DNA from: Octopus bimaculoides
Taxonomy: Eukaryota
Reading direction: 5' to 3'
Assembly: GCF_001194135.2 (NCBI RefSeq)
Contig: NC_068997.1
Location: 50,192,563-50,256,562 of the forward strand
DNA: 64,000 nt
In this document: positions 26,629 to 40,140 of the stretch, one piece after another
Layout: each line of letters starts with the position of its first letter
How positions within the stretch are numbered: position 1 is the stretch's first letter
Program-made: the position numbers and the translations under genes
The notes under the pieces: generated by a model
What the model saw: only the letters and a program-made list of their open reading frames with translations
Told to the model about the DNA's origin: nothing
Database searches by the model: none

Positions 26629-27365
26629 ACCTAGAGAGAGGGGGGGGGTTCTTTGATGGCAAAAAAAAAACAACAATCAGATATTCACATTCAAATCTGT
26701 CAGAACATATTGAGAATAGTTAGATTATTTTGAACTTATATCATCACTTTAAAGTAGGATATGAGTATCATAGAATCTGCAGTGGTCTCTGGTGGATTAG
26801 ATATGAAATAAGTGAACCCCACTCACACACACTCTCCAAAATTAACAAAATATATTCTTGTCATATGTTAGTCATCTCAGCACTTGGCTAACATAATACT
26901 TGTTAGATATACAGGATTAAATTGTACTAATGCTGTTTATATAACTAGATGGATTCTAACGCAGCCGGCATTGTAAATCCAGCTTTGTACTAGGAATGGT
27001 ACAAACTATTGACCTTTTGGTTGCTGGTCCATCCTCCCAAGCAGTTCAGCAAACCTTCAAACTGGTAATATTGATGATTACCTTTGTTAAACTACTCTCT
27101 CCCTTTTTCTAGGCTTCTAATCATCAATTGCCAGTGAAAGGAGATAGATGAATGGCTGAGGTGCTGCACTCACAATCATAGGGTCTTGGTTTCATTTCTC
27201 TGACTAGGAAGTGCATTTAGTTTTTGAACAAAACACTTCATTTCACATTTCTCCTGCTCACTCAGCTGTAAATGAGCTCCAGCAATAGCTGAGAAATTAA
27301 ACAATACCACAAAGCAGAATTCCATTCAGAGCTAAGTGTTGTAATCTCAGTTACTTATACACTAT

Positions 27366-27746
27366 GTTGGCACTCCGTCACTTATGACGTCGAGGGTTCA
27401 AGTTGATCCAATCAACGGAACAGCCTGCTCGTGAAATTAACATGCAAGTGGCTGAGCACTCCACAGACACGTGTACCCTTAACGTAGTTCTCGGGGAGAT
27501 TCAGCATGACACAGTATGACAAGGCTGGCCCTTTGAAATACAGGCACAACAGAAACAGGAAGTAAGAGTGAGAGAAAGTTGTGGTGACAGAGTACAGCAG
27601 GGTTCACCACCATCCCCTGCCGGAGCTTCGTGGAGCTTTAGGTGTTTTCGCTCAATAAACATTTACAACGCCCGGTCTGGGAATCGAAACCGCGATCCTA
27701 TGACCGCGAGTCCGCTGCCCTAACCACTGGGCCATTGCACCTCCAC
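27366..27746 (-). mobile_element. Full-length young tRNA-derived SINE with 13-bp TSD
   Basis: Head GGAGGTGCAATGGCCCAGTGGTTAGGGCAGCGGACTCGCGGTC...GGTTTCGATTCCC carries A/B-box-like motifs (tRNA-Arg-like by my reading). TSD ACTTATACACTAT at 27353-27365 and 27747-27759. Confidence 0.92.
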
Positions 27747-28010
27747 ACTTATACACTATAGAAACCAAGTAAAGCTCCAGCTTTAAGGTTATGGAAGTCA
27801 TGAAAAAAAAAAAAAAATCACCTATCATCAACAGTTCACAAATTGAAATGCAGCATTTTAATGTTTTTGAGAGGTTTACCAAGTTTTTATACTTTTATGA
27901 AATATTTAGCTATTGGCCAGAAAATTCCTTTTCTATACATATCAATAAATAAAGCTTCTCAAGCTCTTGTACATGTTAAAAATCTTAATCATGCAAAAAT
28001 CACTATTCAC

Positions 28011-28345
28011 AAGAGAAGACGACCCCCTTCAGTCATGAATGACCATGGGATTGCACTGAGAAAGTTCCCCTCCAAGGCCCAAGTTCAGACAAAGTTGTTT
28101 ATGGAAGACCAGCAGTCGCCCATCCATACCCGTCTCCCTTCTACATGTCACCAATGTTATCCAAGGGGAAAGCAAAGGTCAATACAACTTGGCACTGGTG
28201 ACATCACAAACATTTCTACAGCTGAGTGAACGGGAGCAACATGAAATAGTGTCTTGCTCAAGAACACAACATACAGTCTGGTCCAGGAATCGAACTCACT
28301 ACCTCATGATTGCGAGCCCAACACTCTAACCACTAAACCATGCAC
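28011..28345 (-). mobile_element. tRNA-headed SINE with shared central domain and a distinct 3' tail
   Basis: Head and central block as in the 193-512 and 59903 copies, but the tail (GAAGACGACCCCCTTC...) is different. Confidence 0.8.
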
Positions 28346-28981
28346 CCCTGCCATGCACTGATATATATATTCACAAAAATACATATAAGAATAGTAATCT
28401 GAAGTAATAAAATATCTCTGTTCCTTTATCTCCAACTTTAATTCAGTCTGTCACAAATCTTTGTGTGCTGGGGTGTAGTATATATATCTATTTGATTCTA
28501 TTGAACATGTCCATTATTTACTCCACAGACCAGTTTCTTTTCTCTTTGTAACATAGACATTTTGTAACTATTTTTGACAAATTGGTAAAATTATTCTAGA
28601 CATGGAGTTGTATTGAGTAAAATTCAGACATAACTGTGTGGCTGAGAAGTTGTTTCGGGTTCAGTTCCACTGCATGGCACCTTGACAAATGTCTTGTATT
28701 GTAGCCTCTCAGACCAACCAAAACCTTGTGAGTGGAATGGAAAGACAGAAACTGAAAGAAGCCCATCATATATATATATATATATGTTTGTGTCTCCTTG
28801 TCTTGACATCTCATGATTGTTATAAATGAATGTCATTCATTTCCAATATTCCATGTAAATATGTCTGGTGATGGAGAAATATCACTTTGTTCAGAAACAG
28901 TTATAAAAGGTGGACATTATAATAATGATGATGGTACATGTGTCTAAAGGTGTGTGCATATCTTTCACTGATTTATATCAG

Positions 28982-29050
28982 AGTATAAAAGCATGCGTGA
29001 GAAGAATGAAAAATACCAGTGCTTCACAACAAAGTTTCTTGCATCATCAG
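28982..29050 (+). CDS. Candidate symmetric exon, unknown product (EYKSMREKNEKYQCFTTKFLASS or SIKACVRRMKNTSASQQSFLHHQ)
   Basis: 69 nt, GATTTATATCAG| acceptor, CAG|GTGAGG donor, two frames open. No homology recognised. Confidence 0.3.
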
Positions 29051-29805
29051 GTGAGGCATTTCCTTGTCACTCTCACCATTAGAAATACGTTGAACCAGTG
29101 ATTAACCTGTCAAAAGCCTTTAATCAATAACATTATTGTTCACAGATTGTAAAATAAAATAGATTCAGCTTGAGTGCACAATCTTCTTTTCATTATTTGT
29201 TGCTGCTAATTCTCACGGGAATGGAGTACAAACTTAACCCTGTCTCATTTCTTCACTTTCAATCTCGGGCTTTTTGTGCTAAAGTCAGAAATCTTCCTGA
29301 TTTTTGTTCTGAACCTGTATAAGTGATCCAACAGTAGGCCCTTAGCAAATCTGCTAATTAACCCAGTTGTGATTTGCAATTGGAACCATTCAAACTTAAG
29401 AAGGTATTACTCTTCAGGAAAAGGGAAGACCATCACATTATCCCATTCTGTCATATAACACTGCCTATTTAAAGAAAGAAAGAAACATCAGTATAATTAT
29501 TCTCATTACTTGATGAACACTTTCCTTACTTTGCCTCACAGAACTTGATATTTTTCAGTTTTGCACTTGCACATCCAGTGAATCGTACAATTAGTTTGTT
29601 TTATATTTTCTTTCTGTCGTTTGCAGATTTCTCTGCTTTTATTATTTTTCTATGTTGTTTTAGCCATCTAATTGCTTTTCTTCTTTTTACCTCGAGTCCT
29701 TGCCCAGTGATGCAGGTATCTTTGGCTCATTTTCGAAGATGCTGATTGAATATTACAACAGTGTGAAACTACTGTAACTTTGAGCCAGGGTCAAAGCCTC
29801 TGGAT

Positions 29806-30045
29806 CAATGGTTCTCAGTCAGGGTCCATGTAAGATTTTGCTGTTAAAATTCATGTGCAATATATTACTTATACTTCTACAATACACAAAATGTTTTAAC
29901 AATTCTTATATATGATTCTTAATTAATATTTGATTATAAAGATACAGTTAGGAGTTTGTTATACACATCAAATGGCTATGGAGGTCCATTGGCATAAAAT
30001 AGGGATCAAAAAGGCCCATTGGTAAGAAATGGTTGAGAGCCAATG
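29806..30045. mobile_element. Second, more decayed copy of the 26251 hAT MITE
   Basis: CAATGGTTCTC...GAGAGCCAATG termini, degenerate TSD CTCTGGAT/CTGTAGAT, internal similarity to 26251-26628. Confidence 0.7.
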
Positions 30046-32815
30046 CTGTAGATAGTCATCCAACTTTCTAGAAATAGCACTGAAATCCCTCTTAAATATA
30101 CAACATTGCTTTGAAAAGAGGACACATTGAGCAATATACTTTCACATATGCAGTCTAACAAGATGGTCACATCTGGAGCGTCTTTGATCATAGGTCTGCT
30201 TAATCAGGATAGGCCTGAGATTAAGCAACAGTAGCAACTGCAGCATCTTGACTGAAGTGTTTTCTATTCAAGTGCGTCTCTTGCATGGTGTTTGTCAACG
30301 TTGCTTAATTGGATTTAACATTGAGTATTATAAAGTAAAAAGTGAAGCAGTGCTTTAGAAAAACTCGGTCTCCAACGTGTAAACTATTGTTACAGTTGTA
30401 ACTTTAATGTAATTATTGAACTAAAGAAAAGAAATTAATATCAAAACGTACATATATGTTTGTATTAGAAGAGGCATGGCATTGTGGTTAAGCAGTTTGC
30501 TTCCCAGCCATATGGTCTCAGGTTTGGTTCCACTGTACAGAACCTTGGGCAACTGTCTACTCTGGCCCTGGACTGACCAAAGCCTTTTCCAACTAGGGTA
30601 GCCATATATCCTACCTACAACAAGACACCTATCTCTCTCTCCCTGTATTGTATACTTTAATCTGTCATCAACTGGCACAGAGTCACCTCCCCCAATATTG
30701 TTCCCCAACCCAGTCAAGGAGTCTCTGTCTTGCAAGATACTTGATGATCCTGCCAGTGTTGGTTCCATGTAAAAAGCACCCAGTACACTTTAGGAAGAAC
30801 ATCCTGCCATAGAAACCATGCCAAAGCAAACGATTGAGCTTGACACAGTCCTCTGGCTTGCCAGCATAGAAAACAGACATTAAATGATAATGATATGAGA
30901 ATGTGTGTTTACATTTGTGCTCTGTGAAAGTCACCTGCTGTGGCTGCTGCTGTTGGCACTTCTGTCGACAACTCACCTGCTCACTTTGCACCTTCAAAGA
31001 CATGTGAAATGAAAGATCTCTTTCTTGAAAAACAGGTGAGGGCAAGCACCAGGAAGGGTATCCAGCTGTAAAACACTGCTTAAATATTATATTCATCTAA
31101 CTCCTGCTAGTATGGGGAAATGGATGTAAAACAAATGAATGATGATGACATCTTTGTGACCATTTTTTTCTTCATATAAACTACCTAGAATATTTAAAGT
31201 GGAGACAATTTATAGTACCTGGCCTTATTGTCACTGTCCTGAGATTTAGGACAAAATCATCCCAAGATAAGAAATAGCATTTGAATACCCATTGACTGTT
31301 CAATTCCATGCCATAAATATTCTGAACAAAGAAGTCTTAAAAACTAATACGATATCTTACTACAGAGCATCCACTCAAACACTCACAACAATGCACTATA
31401 TGCTGCTGCAGATGCATCTCAGCAGCACCACTCCACAAGCACCACACATCACTCCATTGCAGACACTACTTCACCCGTCACAGACCCACACTTAACAATG
31501 TCAATCTAGTGTTTTAATCTGAGTGCAATGTTTCTATGGAGAAGCCAGGAAATTGATCACTTTAACCATTTTGTCACCACACCATAGTAGAGAGAAGAGA
31601 AATCTGTCTGCATTCAGTATGCTTTGAATCTTTAGTATTTATTCTGTCGCCTACGTGGAATTAACAGAAGTCTTAAAATTATGAAGCCTTACATGTACAT
31701 CGCTGTGATTAATGTCCAGCCAAATCCAATCTTGCAGACATCATTTTCAAAAGCTGTTGTTGTGACTGGGAATGATAAAATACGTAGGCAAAAGAAATGA
31801 TATCAACAGGCAATGCATGTCTATTAGGAATTTATAGAAATGATTGTAAATATTAATGCAGCTAACACTAATTTGGTAAATATTTTCCACGAGTTTAACA
31901 GAAATTTTTACTTGATAAATTTAAGCTTGTTTTAAATTAGAATGTGTGTATCCAGATATGGACATGGACACACGTGACTAATGAGATGGTAATGGAAAGT
32001 GTGTGTGTGTGTATCTTTGTGTACACGTGTGTGTGTAAAGAAGAAAAAGAAAATGGAGATTGGGAAGTTAATAATTGTTTATCATTAATAGCAAATTAAT
32101 CACCTGTGTATGTGTCTTCATTATCATTTTATTGTATCTACTTTCCATGCTGGCATGGGGTAGATGGATTATCACTGTCACCATGGGAGTTGTCATTTCA
32201 TTTTGGGGGTTGGATTCTACTGCTGGGTGCCCTTCCTAACATCAACCACTTTACTGGGTGTACTGTGTTTAATTCTGTGTTGTGTTTGCATTTATAGATA
32301 TACATACATATATGCCATAGTTACATAACACATCACTCATACGTCTGAAGGTAAACCAAGTGAGAATGAGTTCGTACTCTCTAAGTACATGTTTCCCCAC
32401 AGTGGACCTTTATTGTCTCTAAGCAGCACAATTTATTCCTCATGTTTTCCAGTTCAGCTATAAAACATAGGGACCCCAACTCTGAGAAAGGTTGTCTCAT
32501 ACTGGGATCATATTAAAAGACAAAGTTTGCAGTCATTTGCATAACACTACAGAAATTTTTGGCAGAGCTTTTCAGATTTGAAGGCAGGAAGAAACTCCAA
32601 CTTGTGATTAAAAAAACAAAAATATCAAGAGAGAAGGCAGTGCCTCTAACTTGCTTCAGAGCCTTTAACATTGGTGAGAAGGAAGGTCGTCACCCCAGTA
32701 CAGAGTCTTGGCTTGAATGTTTGTAACAGAGTGAACTCCACTAAAGGCAACCATGTCACCAGGTGATGGTGAAACAGGACAACAGCTTAAGTCTACTACC
32801 AAAGAGTTAAAGTGT

Positions 32816-32887
32816 CTCCCTGGCAAGAATTGAGCCTTGGTCTCCCACATGACAGCCAGGGAGACTTACCACTGTACTACTGAGAGA
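32816..32887 (-). pseudogene. Decayed tRNA-Asp(GTC) copy
   Basis: Minus strand TCTCTCAGTAGTACAGTGGTAAGTCTCCCTGGCTGTCATGTGGGAGACCAAGGCTCAATTCTTGCCAGGGAG aligns with canonical eukaryotic tRNA-Asp (TAGTATAGTGGT.AGTATCCCCGCCTGTCACGCGGGAGACCGGGGTTCGATTCCCCG). Many differences are CpG transitions and the B box is broken. Confidence 0.75.
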
Positions 32888-32921
32888 CTATTGCAGGAAA
32901 CAACACATAATGAAGTTTTAG

Positions 32922-33140
32922 CCCTTTTGATGCCAACCCTCCTGAGACTCCTCCTGGTTCTATGATACAGACTTCATGTTTCAGAATTATCTAAATTAAA
33001 ACATTCTATCGAAATTGCATATTGATTTATGTTCCAAACAACCATTTTAATTATGACAAAGTTATTTTTCCCAAATTCTTCATTATTTAAAAAATTAATT
33101 GAACCAAACTGTTTTTCAAATGAATATGGTAATGAATGGG
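32922..33140 (+). mobile_element. piggyBac-like MITE family (TTAA|CCC...GGG|TTAA); other copies near 16860, 25785-26035, 54985, 56045, 56312, 57212
   Basis: Repeated ~220 bp AT-rich unit starting TTAACCC(T/A)TT and ending GGGTTAA. Superfamily inferred from the termini only. Confidence 0.55.
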
Positions 33141-34160
33141 TTAATATTCTCTGAATGGAAACCTGATAAGAATTGTTGCAACAGAATTGACTTCACTAAC
33201 GGCATCCTAGAGCCATATGTGAATGTTAAACCAAAACATAGATTACTTCTACCATCCAATGTTTTTATTCTCCAGCATCTGTGTAACCATTGCTTCCATT
33301 TCTTCGTGTTTATCCAGCACAGTATTTCTTGATCTTAAATCATCTCATCTACAAGACTCACTGTTTTAAAATCTTGCCTGATCCATTTTGTGACTTAGCT
33401 CTAGCACAGTTTACCTACCAATGCCTGCTCATGGCATCATTTCCACTCAATAAATGTCATCAATTTGTGTTGCCTTCAATTTCTCTTCAGAAACCATTTC
33501 CTCAACTCTCTTCTATTCAGTCTCTTTCATAAATTAATTAACCATGCTGCTATGCCCATGCCTATACACTTTTAAGATCTCCACTTACCAACTACAAGGT
33601 TTTGGGTTCAGTCCCACTGTGTGGTGCCTTGAGCAAGTGTCTTCTACTGTAGCATCAGGCTGATAAAACTTTGTAAGTGGATTTGATTAGCAGACTCTGA
33701 AAGAAGCACATTTTATGAGGCGTATTCCCCACACTTTTGCTAGTTTGTAAACATCGATTTCTTAATGATACCATTTCTTTGCAGTCCACTGCAAAAGCAT
33801 ATCCTGACTTCTTGATGTATCCTGACATGTTGCATGATCTTTGTGAACAAAAGGCTCATATGGTGATGTTTATTTCTAGTCTTTGGTATAAGACATGCCT
33901 GGGCCATTTGTTGTTCAGTAGACTGGAAGATTCTTTATTACTCCAGTTGGAATCAAGAGGGAGTTGGCAACAAGAAAGGCATTAACCTTAGAAACTCCAC
34001 TCCTATGTACTTTCATCTAATACATGTAAGCAAAGAAAAGGAGGCATTGAAATGATGATGATGATGATGTCAAGTCTATAGTTAGTTTATTCCACTTCAG
34101 TTCTTTGATTTCACAGCCTTTTTATATTATTACATCACATTTTACACATGTTGCTATACT

Positions 34161-34524
34161 CTTTTATTTGTTTCAGTCATTTGACCGCGGCCATGCTGGA
34201 GCACCGCCTTTAGTCAAGCAAATCGACCCCAGGACTTATTCTTTATAAGCCTAGTACTTATTCTATCGGTCTCTTTTGCCAAACTGCTAAGTTACGGGGA
34301 CATAAACACACCACCATCGGTTGTCAAGCGATGTTGGGAAGACAAACACATACACACAAACATATACACACACATACACATATATATACATATATACGAT
34401 AGGCTTCTTTCAGTTTCCGTCTACCAAATTCACTTACAAGGCTTTGGTCAGCCCGAGTATATAGTAGAAGACACTTGCCCAAGGTGCCACGCAGTGGGAC
34501 TGAACCCAAAACCATGTGGTTGGT
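34161..34524 (-). mobile_element. Abundant SINE with internal (TA)/(TG) tract, 5'-truncated copy
   Basis: Reverse complement of 50069-50484. Confidence 0.9.
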
Positions 34525-34619
34525 GGGATCCTTTGCAACCAACTGAGATAGCATATTTTACCCTATTTATTCTGTAGCTACTATATTTTCACAAAGTCCA
34601 TTCCATCTTGATAATAAAC

Positions 34620-34960
34620 TTAGGTTGTATAGGTCAGAGATCAGAGAATCTCTCCAGGTTAAGCCACTACTTCTCTATATTGAGGGGGTCAGAGTTCCAG
34701 TAAATACTGTGAACACATGATGAGAATGTCGTAGGAAAGAATTACAAGACAGATTCTCCAAGCCAAGCCAACTGGCATGAAAGCTAGAGGTAGACCAAAA
34801 ACAAGATGGTTGGATTATATCAATAGTCTCAGTTGGTCACACTTGGGAATCCAGCTGGAATGTGCAATGACTGTTGCTTGTGATAGGACCCTATAGAGGT
34901 GGTGCCTGAGGACTTTACCCGACAACCCTCCCAGAAATAGTGAACAGAGAAGATGGCTGG
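34620..34960 (+). mobile_element. RTE-type LINE ORF C-terminal fragment
   Basis: Reads MS*ERITRQILQAKPTGMKARGRPKTRWLDYINSLSWSHLG, matching the RTE C-terminal R.RGRP..RW.D motif. Confidence 0.75.
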
Positions 34961-35984
34961 CTGGAATAGAACTTGGCTACTACTGTCTGTAAGCTTCCAA
35001 GCAGTACATAGTCTTCAGTTCATGGCTACTTGTATCACTAAGTATTTCAGAGTATTTGAGGTATTGATTCTCACACAGCCTACTACATGTTTTATATGTA
35101 AGCTCATTGTTTGTGTTGGCTAACAGTGTGGTTTTCATTTGTTTTTTTTTTTTAAGAGAAACAAGCATAATTGAATTTTTCATTTCAGTTTCTTTCTCTG
35201 TGCAATTTGTCGATATGCAATTTTTCAAGGATCACTGACAATTTTGTAGTAGATGTTCTGTGTTTAATTGAATCCATTGCTGGCATTTCTACTGGTTTTG
35301 ATATCTAATGGAGGTAAAACCACACATTCAATTCTGAGCTCAGAGTTTGTCGGTTTGCAAAATACGAAGTTGTCTAAATGTCTAAGATGGTTTAACTTCT
35401 TGTAATATTACAAAGAAATATTATAAATGAAAGCATCCAGCTGTAAAATTGCTTGCTTCAGCAATATGCAAATGTCCAGTTTTATGCGAAAACAATTCTT
35501 GTGCATGCTAACATGGAAATATCTGCCTGTCTATCTATCTATTCATATATATGTATGTATATTTATGTACGTGTGTGTATATTAGAGATAGACAGACAGA
35601 CACAGAGAGAGAGTGTATTTTGAAGGGTAAATAAGACAAGTATTTGTTACAGTTGAATGATGTTTCCTTGTATGACAATTAAATTCATTACATGTACATA
35701 TATTTAATACTAGTGCAAAAGGATTCCTGATCTATAGCCTAAGATAACAAGAGAATACAAGATCAGCAGCCACAACATGGCTATTTTTGATCATATTTCA
35801 TGTCTTATCTTCTCTGGCATAGCGGAAGTATTTTTTCTGTGTTGCATAGGCATTTTTTTTATTTCAGTATGTATTTGTGTGTGTCTGTCTGTGTTTGCAT
35901 GCATGACTAATATCTTGTGTAGGCTGAAAACTGAAGACTGATGTTTATAGTAAATATTGATTATAAATAATAATAGTAATAATA

Positions 35985-36354
35985 ATGATTTCCAACATTG
36001 GTACACAGAAATTTTGGGAGGCAAAAACAGTTGATTAAATCGAATAATGTACTTCACTGGACTTAGTTTATCTACAATGGAAGGATGAAAAGTGGAATTT
36101 ATTATTATTATCGTTAATAATAATAATAATGATTTCAAACTTTGACACAAGGCCAGCAATTTCGAGGGAAGGGGTAAGTCAATTACATCGACTGCAATGC
36201 TCAATTGACTTCAAAAAGATGAAAGACAAATTCTACCTCAACGGAATTTGAACTCAGAATGTAAAGACAAATGAAATGCTACTAATCATTTTGTCACACA
36301 AGTTAATGATTCTGCTGGCTTGCCGCTGCCTTAATTAATGATAAATAATAATAA

Positions 36355-36389
<35 letters not shown>

Positions 36390-36588
36390 ATAATAATGGT
36401 AGTTTCAAATTTTGGCACAATGCCAGCAATTTGATGGTGTAAGATGATTACATTGATTGCAATGCTCAACTGGTACTTATTTTATCAACCCTGAAAGGAT
36501 GAAAGGTAAAATTTGAACTCAGTGTAAAGACAAACAAAATGGCACTAAGCATTTTGCCCAGCATGCTAACGATTCTGCCAGTTCTCCA

Positions 36589-36631
<43 letters not shown>

Positions 36632-36800
36632 CCTCTTTACTATAGGCACAAGGCCTGAAATTTTGGAGGAGGGAACTAGTTGATTACATCAATCCCCAAT
36701 GTTTCACTGGTACTTAATTTATCAACCCTTGCCAAAAGGATGAAAGGGAAAGTTGACCTCAGCAGAATTTGAACTCAGAATGTATTATTAATAATAATAA
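35985..36800 (-). mobile_element. Four tandem copies of the (ATT)n-flanked SINE-like element separated by (AAT)n/(AGT)n
   Basis: Same unit as 915-1590 in reverse orientation, with most CpGs decayed. Confidence 0.85.
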
Positions 36801-36904
36801 TAATAATAAAACTATAAACATTATGTCAAAGTATCTGGATTTGAAAAACAAAAAAACATTTGTGTTGATTATGTAGCTATTCAGTAAATTACAGCCATTG
36901 GCAG

Positions 36905-37240
36905 GAAGTTGTTCTGACGAGTGTGGCATTCCCAAGTGACTACTGTTATGTCATTATGCAAGGAGATATTATCTCACCATCATTATTCAATATGGTAAAT
37001 AAAATAAGTCATTTCAGAGGAAGATGGTATAAAGCAGACTGATGAGAAACGGCCATGTGACTTTCGATTATGCTGACAACTCTATTGTTCTCACATCTAC
37101 AGAATGTGGCTGCCCGAGTCGGTTTAATCATCAATCCAGAGCAAAGACGCCGAGTAATGAATATTGCATGCATTGTGAGACAATTATCGACAGTTGTATG
37201 TGTAATTTTACAGGTTGTGGACAATATCTATTACATGCGA
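36905..37240 (+). mobile_element. Degraded RTE-like reverse transcriptase fragment
   Basis: MQGDIISPSLFN, FDYADNS and LQNVAARVGLIINPE...RVMNI, with frameshifts. Confidence 0.7.
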
Positions 37241-40068
37241 TGTGAAGACAGTAAAAAATCTCCACTGAAACACAACTGCAGTCATTGGTGCTGTAAAAAA
37301 AATGATACTCTGGAGCTCTGTGTTGCTTTTTATAGCAAGGAAATTTCTTCACCAATAGCTAAAGACACAGTCATGACTGTGTATTTAAGGAGTTTACTTC
37401 CTAACCACATGATTTAAAGTTCAGTCCCACTCTGGGCAAGTGTCTTCCACTACAGCCCCAGGCCAGCCAAAACCTTATCAAGGTATTTTAATAAATGGAA
37501 AATGAAAGANNNNNNNNNNNNNNNNNNNNNNNNNNNNNNNNNNNNNNNNNNNNNNNNNNNNNNNNNNNNNNNNNNNNNNNNNNNNNNNNNNNNNNNNNNN
37601 NNNNNNNNNNNNNNNNNNNNNNNNNNNNNNNNNNNNNNNNNNNNNNNNNNNNNNNNNNNNNNNNNNNNNNNNNNNNNNNNNNNNNNNNNNNNNNNNNNNN
37701 NNNNNNNNNNNNNNNNNNNNNNNNNNNNNNNNNNNNNNNNNNNNNNNNNNNNNNNNNNNNNNNNNNNNNNNNNNNNNNNNNNNNNNNNNNNNNNNNNNNN
37801 NNNNNNNNNNNNNNNNNNNNNNNNNNNNNNNNNNNNNNNNNNNNNNNNATATATATGTGTGTGTGTGTGTCTGTGTTTGTCCCCCCAACATCGCTTGACA
37901 ACCGATGCTGGTGTGTTTACGTCCCCGTAACTTAGCGGTTCGGCAAAAAGAGACCGATAGAATAAGTACTAGGCTTCCAAAGAATAAGTCCTGGGGTTGA
38001 TTTTCTCGACTAAAGGTAGTGCTCCAGCATGGCCACAGTCAAATGACTGAAACGAGTAAAAGAGTATAGGGAAATGTTTCATTTCTAAGAAACAAGGGGT
38101 TGGCTGCAGGAAGGGTATCTAGACCTAGAAAACAATGCCTCAGTGATGATGAACGAAAGGAATTCTTTGCAAGGTATGTCTTGCTATCAGTGCCGATGTA
38201 GCTGACCTACACAAAACATGTGCTTGCTGCTGCGATGTTTTGGAAAACATAAACGCAAGCTGTCTGGACGTGCATTAGCAGATGATGGAGGGGATTAAGC
38301 CACTCGTTACAAAGGAATGAGGACTCCGTATTGTAAAGAACCTATTAGCGTGGCTAGTCATTAATGAAAGTGGTGAGCACCAACAACTACCATGGTTACT
38401 ACATGTTGTTCTGGTTGAATGAGTGGCCGGTGATATTGACAGTTTTCAAGCACAATGACTAGAAGGATCTTTTATAGATGAATGAAATAAATTAAGAAGA
38501 ACAAAGCTCTGAAGACAACAATGAAGATGAAATATTTATATAAAAAAAAAGTATCAAAAGCAAAAAATAATCTTTCAAAGTAAATAGTTATAAACGTTCA
38601 CATTCCTTGTTCTCTGTTGATAGATTTTGGCAAAATTCAGCCGTGAATGGTGCTTCCTCATTACATAAAAAAAACAACCAGAAAACGAGCAGTGAGTATG
38701 AGTGAGTGGGTGTTTTGTCTCAAGAGAAAGTTACAAAATTGGCAAGGATGCCCCCGATAAAAAATTCATACATTACTACACAGTGTGTAAATGATTAAAT
38801 TTTGATATATTTAAACATGTTTAGTCTTGCTTAACTTGAACATAATCAACACTAAAGCTTGTTCATTCCTATTCTTCTGGATTCTTAAACACACAGACAC
38901 ACATACATACACACACATGTACATATGTACGTACAATATATATATATAGAGAGAGAAGAGTGAGAGAGAGAGAGAGAGAAAGACTTATTTATTTATCTGT
39001 TTATTTATTTAATACTTTTATTCCTTGCCTCCTCTACTAAAATATGTTAAATGGCTTTGTATGAATTAACGGAACATATCTTTTGCATCTGGTTGCCATT
39101 CCTGGTCCTGAGTTTGCATTACTATCTTCTTTAGGTTAACTAGTGTCTAAAGGAATCTGGCTTGCCCCCAAGTCAAATCATCTTCCTCTAACCAACTCTG
39201 GAACAAAGTGAGCCTGTAAGTGGTCGCTTGAACAGCTAGAGATAGCAGCCAAATTTCCCTCATATATCACCCCTTGCCTACTAGGATGAGCAGTGGGGGG
39301 CATTAGATGATATAATGTTAGATACATTGAGTTTGAAAATTATAATTTGGATAATCACAAGTAGAATGTCTTTGATCACAGTTTAACCTTGATCACAGTT
39401 CAAACACACAGTAACCTAACTCCCATGGTATTAGCTGATACAAAAGTCTTTTCAAAGATTTGATTTGTTATCTACCAGCAGGTCAGTATGATTTTAGTGG
39501 ATCATTAGGAGAGGTACAGTATCCCCCTTATGTCATTAATTATTTCCAAAAGATGCTTCTTTTAAAGTCTTGTTGAGAAGTTGGACTGCTGCTTGAAAGG
39601 TCAAGAGCTTCAATATTTACTGTAACATAGATATAGGCTTGGGTGTGGTTGTGTGGTTGAGAAACTTGATCCCCAGCTATATGGGTTTAGTCTTAAAGAC
39701 ATTTTAGGCATGTGACTTCTCTTATAGCCCCAGGCCAACCAAAGCATTGTGAGTGGATTTGATAAATGGAAATTAAAAGAAGCCCATCATCTGTATGTTT
39801 AGCCTTGTCTTGTTGATATTATGTAATAGTTGTAAATGATGTTGCTTGATTCCAGCCTTCCATGAAAAACATGTCTGGCCATGGAGAAATGTTACCTTGG
39901 TTGGAAACACATGAGTGTTGGTGACAGAAAGGGTGTCTCACTGTAGGAAATCAGTTTCAACAGATTGCACCTGACCCATGCAAGCATGGGAAAGTGTATG
40001 TTAAATGATAATTAATTTATGTGCTACTAGATAAAGTACAGCATATAGCTTTACCTGCTTCAATCTAC

Positions 40069-40140
40069 CTGATAAAAAAAGTAGGATCCATTTGCAGTGG
40101 GCAGAGTATACATTCAGCTGTACGATCATTTACTCCAACC
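40069..40140 (-). CDS. Candidate symmetric exon, unknown product (VGVNDRTAECILCPLQMDPTFFI)
   Basis: 72 nt, phase 2-2, ATTTTATGCTTCAG| acceptor, CAG|GTAGAT donor, one open frame. Could be chance. Confidence 0.2.

Noticed and set aside
27660-27746. SINE heads as functional tRNA genes (also 50069 and 59903)
   Set aside because: No closed cloverleaf; they continue into SINE bodies and have target-site duplications.
27843-28229. 128-aa ORF in the track
   Set aside because: Largely antisense to a SINE tail; no coding signature.
38143-38206. TGATGA...CTGA resembling a C/D box snoRNA
   Set aside because: No terminal stem and no recognisable rRNA-complementary guide.
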